Positions 58,680 through 64,000 of a stretch of DNA of 64,000 nt are shown here, piece by piece (the first letter of the stretch is position 1; every line of letters starts with the position of its first letter). The DNA is from Bacteroidota bacterium (GTDB lineage: Bacteria; Bacteroidota; Bacteroidia; Chitinophagales; JADIYW01), in NCBI GenBank assembly GCA_039797705.1, contig JBDKHK010000152.1:4892-68891 (forward strand). Reading direction: 5' to 3'. Under the pieces are notes generated by a model. It had not been told where the DNA came from. It was given only the letters and a program-made list of their open reading frames with translations, and did not search any database. Both the position numbers and the translations under genes were made by a program.

Positions 58680-60262
58680 TAAGGCTGAATTTTTAAAACT
58701 TGCCCTAATTTAATGGATTGTTCTGATAAATTATTCCATTGCATCAATTGTGCAACAGAAATATTGTATCGTTTGCAAACATTATACATCGTATCTCCTT
58801 TTACAACAGTGTGTGTATTGGTATTGCTTTTAGGCAATTTGGAATAATCAATATTGGCGGGATACACTGTTTTTTGATTAGGGCTCCAAGTGGTATCGGC
58901 GGGCTTTGGTGTGGAGCCTGGTGTTGGAGGATTCGTTGCTGGTTGCTGAGTATCTATTTTTATTTCCTCCTTTTTTATAGTTACAATGGCTGAATCCTTT
59001 TTTACAACCATTGGAGAATAAGGAGCTATTTTTGGTTTTTCTAAAAGCTTGGTATCTTTTTCCCAACCCAAAACAGTATTGCTGTCCACCGATAATTTTA
59101 CGGTATCTTTTGCTACAGCATAAACCGTATCTCTGGCTCTGAAAATATCATTATTAGCTTTGATAATGCTTTCTTTTTTGGTGGATGAAGTTGCTTTTCT
59201 TAATGCAGGTTTTTCTTTAATTTTTCCTTTCAGAACAATGGTTTCTTTGGCAGCAGGCTCTTCTCCATTTTCCAATTTATTCATTTTTAATAATGCTGGA
59301 AATCGAACGCCTGTCTTTTGAGAAATGCTCCACATATTGTCCTCTTGGCGCACGTTATAATTTTCTTCTTTATTGGATTTTTTCTTATGTTGGATAAAAA
59401 TAGTTTGTCCGTCTTTGATAATTGATTCATCTGTAATGTCATTATAATTCAACAAATCCTCTTTAGACACATTCAACACTTGGCTTAATAAATCTAAGGT
59501 TTCGCCTTTATTGATATATATTTTTACAGCTTTTGTATTGTTTATTTTAAAAATATTTTTGTTTATTTTTTGAGTAGTTACGACAGGTGTAACGGTTGGT
59601 TGTTGTATTTCTATTTTATTTTCTTGGTTGGTTTTTTTTGATGCCTCAGTGTGCAAATCATCTTCTTCATCTGTAGTATCTTCTACTGCCAAAGCAGGTT
59701 TTTCTGTTGTAGATAAATATGGCAATGCCAAATTTTTATCTAATAAAAACAACTGATAATCCTCAATAAGTTTGATGAGAATTTCTGCATACTTCGGGTT
59801 GGTGGCATAGCCGGCTTTTTTTAATCCGTAAGCCCAAGCTTTATAATCATATAAATCTAATTTAAACAGGGATTGATAGTATGGACGATATTTTAAAAAG
59901 TCAGAATGATCATGGTAAGAGTCTTCTACTTTATCATACACCCTGAAACATTCATTGGGTGCATCGTCTGTATATTTAAACGTTTTTCCAGTCCAGTTTT
60001 CTTTGCATTTAATGCCGAAATGATTATTGGTATTTTTTGCCAAATAGCTGGTTCCAAAACTGCTTTCGTGTATGCCTTGTGCAATGGTAATACTTGCAGG
60101 AATACCAACACGCTTCATCTCTTCCTGAGCTATATTTTTATATTGTTGGATATAAGAAAAAACTGCCGTAGAATCTTTTTTTTGTTGTGCTTTTGCAGAA
60201 AATATATTCAGGAATAAAATCGCAATCAGTAGGTATTTATTTGTTTTCATTATAAAAGTCAT
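58679..60262 (-). CDS. Secreted peptidoglycan hydrolase: N-terminal glucosaminidase domain plus three LysM repeats
   Basis: 527 aa. An alternative start at 60250 gives MKTNKYLLIAILFLNIFSAKAQQ. The glucosaminidase region reads GIPASITIAQGIHESSFGTSYLAKNTNNHFGIK. LysM-like repeats occur at YINKGETLDLLSQVLNVSKEDLLNYN, YNVRQEDNMWSISQKTGVRFPALLKMN and HTVVKGDTMYNVCKRYNISVAQLMQWN. Confidence 0.85.
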   Translation of the reverse strand: MTFIMKTNKYLLIAILFLNIFSAKAQQKKDSTAVFSYIQQYKNIAQEEMKRVGIPASITIAQGIHESSFGTSYLAKNTNNHFGIKCKENWTGKTFKYTDDAPNECFRVYDKVEDSYHDHSDFLKYRPYYQSLFKLDLYDYKAWAYGLKKAGYATNPKYAEILIKLIEDYQLFLLDKNLALPYLSTTEKPALAVEDTTDEEDDLHTEASKKTNQENKIEIQQPTVTPVVTTQKINKNIFKINNTKAVKIYINKGETLDLLSQVLNVSKEDLLNYNDITDESIIKDGQTIFIQHKKKSNKEENYNVRQEDNMWSISQKTGVRFPALLKMNKLENGEEPAAKETIVLKGKIKEKPALRKATSSTKKESIIKANNDIFRARDTVYAVAKDTVKLSVDSNTVLGWEKDTKLLEKPKIAPYSPMVVKKDSAIVTIKKEEIKIDTQQPATNPPTPGSTPKPADTTWSPNQKTVYPANIDYSKLPKSNTNTHTVVKGDTMYNVCKRYNISVAQLMQWNNLSEQSIKLGQVLKIQP

Positions 60263-60263
60263 C

Positions 60264-60914
60264 TTATTTTTTTTGTATCATCATAATTCCATCTCGTATA
60301 GAAACAATAACGTTTTCTACACGATTATCTTGTTGGACTTTATCATTAAAATCTGCTAATTTTTGCGTGTCTTTATCTTTCTTTTCCTCTATAATTTTTC
60401 CGCTCCACAACACATTATCGGCAAAAATAAACCCACCCGAACGAACTTTGTCAAACACTAAATCATAGTACAAACTATAGTTTTGTTTGTCGGCATCAAT
60501 AAACACCAAATCAAACGTTTCATTTAGCTTTGGAATTTCCTCCACCGCATTTCCGATGAGCTGGATTATCTTGTTTTGGAATCCTGCTTGCTCTATATGT
60601 GCACGAACTAAATCTTCTAATTCTTCATTAATATCAATCGTGAAAAGTTTTCCGTTTTCGGTCAATCCTTGAGCCAAACAAAGAGCAGAATATCCTGTAA
60701 AAGTGCCTATTTCCAATATTTTTTGAGGGCGCAGCATTTTAGAAATCATTTGCAAAAACTGCCCTTGTACTTTTCCGCTCAACATTCGTGGCATCAACAC
60801 ATCTGTTTGTGTTTTTCTGTTTAATGCCCGTAGCACCTCCCTTTCATCAGAAGTGTGTAATTCTATATAATTTTCTATTTCTTCTGAAACTAAATGCATA
60901 GGCAAAATTTTCAA
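60264..60914 (-). CDS. Class I SAM-dependent O-methyltransferase (caffeoyl-CoA OMT-like, family 3)
   Basis: 216 aa. Has the SAM motif ILEIGTFTGYSALCLA, plus FIDADKQNY and ADNVLWSG. Confidence 0.85.
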   Translation of the reverse strand: MKILPMHLVSEEIENYIELHTSDEREVLRALNRKTQTDVLMPRMLSGKVQGQFLQMISKMLRPQKILEIGTFTGYSALCLAQGLTENGKLFTIDINEELEDLVRAHIEQAGFQNKIIQLIGNAVEEIPKLNETFDLVFIDADKQNYSLYYDLVFDKVRSGGFIFADNVLWSGKIIEEKKDKDTQKLADFNDKVQQDNRVENVIVSIRDGIMMIQKK

Positions 60915-60920
60915 ATAAAT

Positions 60921-61424
60921 TTATTCCATCTCAATTAATAATTGGTTTTTTTCTACCGCGTCTTTTTTCTTTACTTGAATACTTTTTACAATACCCGTGC
61001 CACTTGCTTTAATAATATTTTCCATTTTCATGGCTTCCAGTATTAATAAGTTATCGCCTTTATTAACTGCCTGACCGGGTTCTACCAAAATATCCAACAC
61101 CAAGCCTGGCATTGGTGCTTTTACACTATCCATCTTATCGTCAGCAGCGGCAGACATTCCCATTTTATCCAACAATGCATCTAATTCATTTTGCAAATTA
61201 AGGTCATAAATATTATTATTCACCTTGATAGAAAATCGTTTCAAATTATAATCTGCATGTATAATTTCTAAGTTATAGGACTTGTGGTTTTCTAAAATAT
61301 GAAATTTATTATCCAATAATTTTACCAAATCAATGGTTGTTTCTTTGCCATCAATTTTTATTTGCTGATTGTCCAATTCTATTTCGTGCGACAAATCTTC
61401 CTTGTAAAAGACTTTGTATTTCAT
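60921..61424 (-). CDS. Biotin/lipoyl-attachment domain protein (second biotin carboxyl carrier, carboxylase/decarboxylase subunit)
   Basis: 167 aa with the C-terminal APMPGLVLDILV...LLILEAMKMENIIKA. Confidence 0.8.
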   Translation of the reverse strand: MKYKVFYKEDLSHEIELDNQQIKIDGKETTIDLVKLLDNKFHILENHKSYNLEIIHADYNLKRFSIKVNNNIYDLNLQNELDALLDKMGMSAAADDKMDSVKAPMPGLVLDILVEPGQAVNKGDNLLILEAMKMENIIKASGTGIVKSIQVKKKDAVEKNQLLIEME

Positions 61425-61500
61425 GTGGGTCGGTTTGGTTAATTAGGTTTATTAAAAATATTATTTGATTTTAGACAAACAATAAAAGCAAACAGTTTAA

Positions 61501-61508
61501 TACCTTTG
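61501..61508 (+). promoter_or_regulatory. Candidate -7 promoter box (TAccTTTG) upstream of the aminopeptidase gene
   Basis: Exact TAnnTTTG match 77 nt upstream of the ATG at 61585. The nearest upstream TTTG (61464-61467) is too far away to serve as a canonical -33. Confidence 0.25.
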
Positions 61509-61584
61509 CAAATTGCTCCACGATATTAAGTATTTAGCGAGTATTGATTATTTTTACTTTTTCAAACGATGTTAATAAGTCCTT

Positions 61585-64000
61585 ATGCGTAAATTCTTTC
61601 TGTTTCTATCTATATTGCTTGTTTTCAATATATTAGATGCTTCTTGCCCCAGAAAAAAGAAAGGCACCAAGAGAAATCCGAAAGAATTGGAAGAAGTTGT
61701 TATTACTCCCAACAACCCAATTACGGCTTATCGAGGTTCTTATACCAAATATTTTGATCTGTTACATACTACATTAACGATAAAACCTGTTTTTAAAGAA
61801 AAAGCATTGTATGGTTTAGCCGAACTTACTTTAAAGCCTCATTTTTACAACCAACAACAACTTGTTTTAGATGCTAAATATTTTAAAATAAACAACGTTC
61901 AATTAAAAACAACCACAGCTCCCGTCAATCTAAAATATACTTACGATACTACTCATTTGAAAATCGACTTGGGAAAGCCATATACTCAAAATGAAGAATT
62001 TACGGTGATGGTAGATTATGTTGCTTTGCCTTACACGCAAGACAGTGCTCAAGTAGAGAATGGGCGAGGAATGTATTTTATTGATGTAGAAAATAAAAAC
62101 CCATACAAGCCAATGCATTTATGGACGCAAGGAGAAGAAGAATCCGCTTCTTGTTGGTTTCCTACTATTGATGCTACCAACCAAAAAACAACCGAAGAAA
62201 TATATGTTACACTCGACACTAACATGGTTTCGCTTTCCAATGGTCTTTTAATAAACACTAAAGTAAATGGCGATGGCACTAAAACCGATTATTGGAAACA
62301 AGACAAACCACATTCTCCTTATTTATTTTTCTTAGGAATTGGGGATTATTTTATTCATAAAGACACCTGGCGAGGAAAGGAAGTTTCGGCCTATACGTTT
62401 CCGAAATACAAAGATGCCGTAGGGGAAATATTTAAAAACATGCCGGCAATGATGGAATATTTTTCCACTATAACAGGGGTAGATTTTCCTTGGGATAAAA
62501 TGGCAAATATAATGGCGTATGATTATACATCTGGTGCGATGGAAAATACCTCGGCTATTTTATATTTTGATAAATTATTATGCAATCACCAGCAATTAAT
62601 AGACGGAGATTTTGATTGGATAATTGCGCATGAATTATTTCACCAATGGTTTGGGGACTTAGTAACAGCAGAATCCTGGGCAAACCTGACGCTCAATGAA
62701 TCCTTTGCCGATTATTCCGAGTATTTATGGTACAATCATCAAGAAGGAAAAAACATCGGCGATGCTTATCGGTTTATGTCTTCTGAAAAATATTTAAATG
62801 CTTCTAATTATAAAAACGAGCCTATTGTCAATTATTATTACAATACTCCTCATGATATTTTTGATGTCATCCGATACGAGAAAGGTGGTGCGGTATTACA
62901 CCTATTGCGCAATTATGTGGGCGATTCTGCCTTCTTTTCTTCATTAAAAAAATACCTGACTACATTCAAATTTGGCAATACGGAATTATCTGATTTCCGT
63001 AAAGTGGTGGAAGATATTACGGGAGAAGATTTGAATTGGTTTTTCAATCAATGGTGGAAAAGCCAAGGACATCCTATTTTAGAAATTACTCCAACGTATG
63101 ATGAAAAAAATAAGACCATTCAGTTAGCCGTCAAGCAAATTCAAAAAAACAATTTTGGACCTATTTTTCGTATTCCTACCAAAGTAGATATTTATGTAGA
63201 TGGCAAAGTAGAAAGAAAATCTATTGAAATAAATGACAGAATAAATGTTTTTTATTTTGCCGCTTCTACTAAGCCTCAGTTAGTAAATTTTGACGCAGAC
63301 AAAGTATTATTATGTGAAAAAAAAGAAAACCTATCTGACTCTGAAAATATTTTCAAATTCAACAATGCTCCATTGTTTGTAGATAAAATAGAAGCACTGA
63401 GAGCTTTAGCACCAAAACAAAAAAACAATCCTGCAATACAAGAAATTTTATTAAAAGCATTGCAAAACGAAAACTGGTATTTACGTGCTGAAGCGATTAA
63501 TCTTATTGCACCAGATAAATTTTCGAATAAAACAACTCTTTCTTTAGCATTTCAAAATATTATTCAAACAGATTCAAAATCAAAAGTGCGAGAAAAAGCC
63601 ATCAAAAAAATATCTTTAATAGACAAGAAAAACAGCGCCGATATTTATAAATATGTTTTGGAAAATGATTCTTCTTTTTTATGTTTAAGTACGGCATTAT
63701 CGAATATAAGTGATTATAAAAAAACAGAAGCGTATCATTATGCTGCACAATTCACTTCTACAGAAAATCAGGATTTAATGATTGCTATTGCTAATATTTT
63801 TAAAGACACGACAGCCGACAATCTTGATTTTTTCAAAAAAGCTGTTTGGCTGAGCAATTATAACAGTTCTTACTATGCATTCAAAGCAATAGGAGAATAT
63901 CTTGAAAAATGTAATAACTTCATTTTAGAAAAGGGAATTCTTTTTTTGAATGATATTTACCAATACGAAGAATCTGATTTTATGATTCAAGGTGCTGAAC
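61585..64000 (+). CDS. pepN: M1-family zinc aminopeptidase (aminopeptidase N-like), first ~805 codons; runs off the right edge
   Basis: Absent from the ORF track because it is edge-truncated. Hand translation from ATG 61585 gives MRKFFLFLSILLVFNILDASCPRKKK (lipoprotein-like), then the GAMEN exopeptidase motif (YTSGAMENTS) and the zincin site IAHELFHQWFGD...LNESFADY. A C-terminal HEAT/ARM-like region follows. Confidence 0.9.
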   Translation, partial: MRKFFLFLSILLVFNILDASCPRKKKGTKRNPKELEEVVITPNNPITAYRGSYTKYFDLLHTTLTIKPVFKEKALYGLAELTLKPHFYNQQQLVLDAKYFKINNVQLKTTTAPVNLKYTYDTTHLKIDLGKPYTQNEEFTVMVDYVALPYTQDSAQVENGRGMYFIDVENKNPYKPMHLWTQGEEESASCWFPTIDATNQKTTEEIYVTLDTNMVSLSNGLLINTKVNGDGTKTDYWKQDKPHSPYLFFLGIGDYFIHKDTWRGKEVSAYTFPKYKDAVGEIFKNMPAMMEYFSTITGVDFPWDKMANIMAYDYTSGAMENTSAILYFDKLLCNHQQLIDGDFDWIIAHELFHQWFGDLVTAESWANLTLNESFADYSEYLWYNHQEGKNIGDAYRFMSSEKYLNASNYKNEPIVNYYYNTPHDIFDVIRYEKGGAVLHLLRNYVGDSAFFSSLKKYLTTFKFGNTELSDFRKVVEDITGEDLNWFFNQWWKSQGHPILEITPTYDEKNKTIQLAVKQIQKNNFGPIFRIPTKVDIYVDGKVERKSIEINDRINVFYFAASTKPQLVNFDADKVLLCEKKENLSDSENIFKFNNAPLFVDKIEALRALAPKQKNNPAIQEILLKALQNENWYLRAEAINLIAPDKFSNKTTLSLAFQNIIQTDSKSKVREKAIKKISLIDKKNSADIYKYVLENDSSFLCLSTALSNISDYKKTEAYHYAAQFTSTENQDLMIAIANIFKDTTADNLDFFKKAVWLSNYNSSYYAFKAIGEYLEKCNNFILEKGILFLNDIYQYEESDFMIQGAE

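Overview
This window is an AT-rich (about one-third G+C by eye), densely packed chromosomal core region of a Bacteroidota-type genome. The taxonomic clues are a T9SS C-terminal sorting domain, a BamA-OmpH-OmpH-UppS cluster, DUF4199/DUF4290-type genes, TAnnTTTG -7 boxes and almost no Shine-Dalgarno sequences. I call about 60 protein genes, nearly all housekeeping: ileS (left-edge partial), gyrB, murA, lpxK, rpoN, nadK, asnB, pheS, bamA, uppS, rsgA, purK/purE, accB/accC, efp, rpmF, hpt and an M1 aminopeptidase (right-edge partial). The two edge-truncated genes are missing from the ORF track, so I translated them by hand. I recognised no rRNA, tRNA, CRISPR array, transposase, integrase or phage gene. 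I do not see a convincing multi-gene novel system, and I say so rather than force one. The only clearly accessory-looking element is a MntA/HepT (type VII) toxin-antitoxin pair. It sits inside a translationally coupled operon, and its toxin carries an R->Q change in the HEPN Rx4H motif. Other items worth a second look, in rough order: (1) a 606-aa membrane protein built as [Tim44-like domain + zinc ribbon] x2 + TerB-like domain, behind an unusually long 5' region; (2) a 118-nt G+C-rich nested hairpin made of four copies of one motif, in a 440-bp convergent intergenic gap; (3) a dihydroorotase homologue that has lost essentially all metal and catalytic ligands; (4) a perfect GC-rich stem-loop between accB and accC; (5) MurA with Asp at the fosfomycin-target Cys position; (6) an archaeal-type GGGP-synthase homologue. 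All family assignments rest on motifs read directly from the translations and on remembered family signatures. No database search was run.
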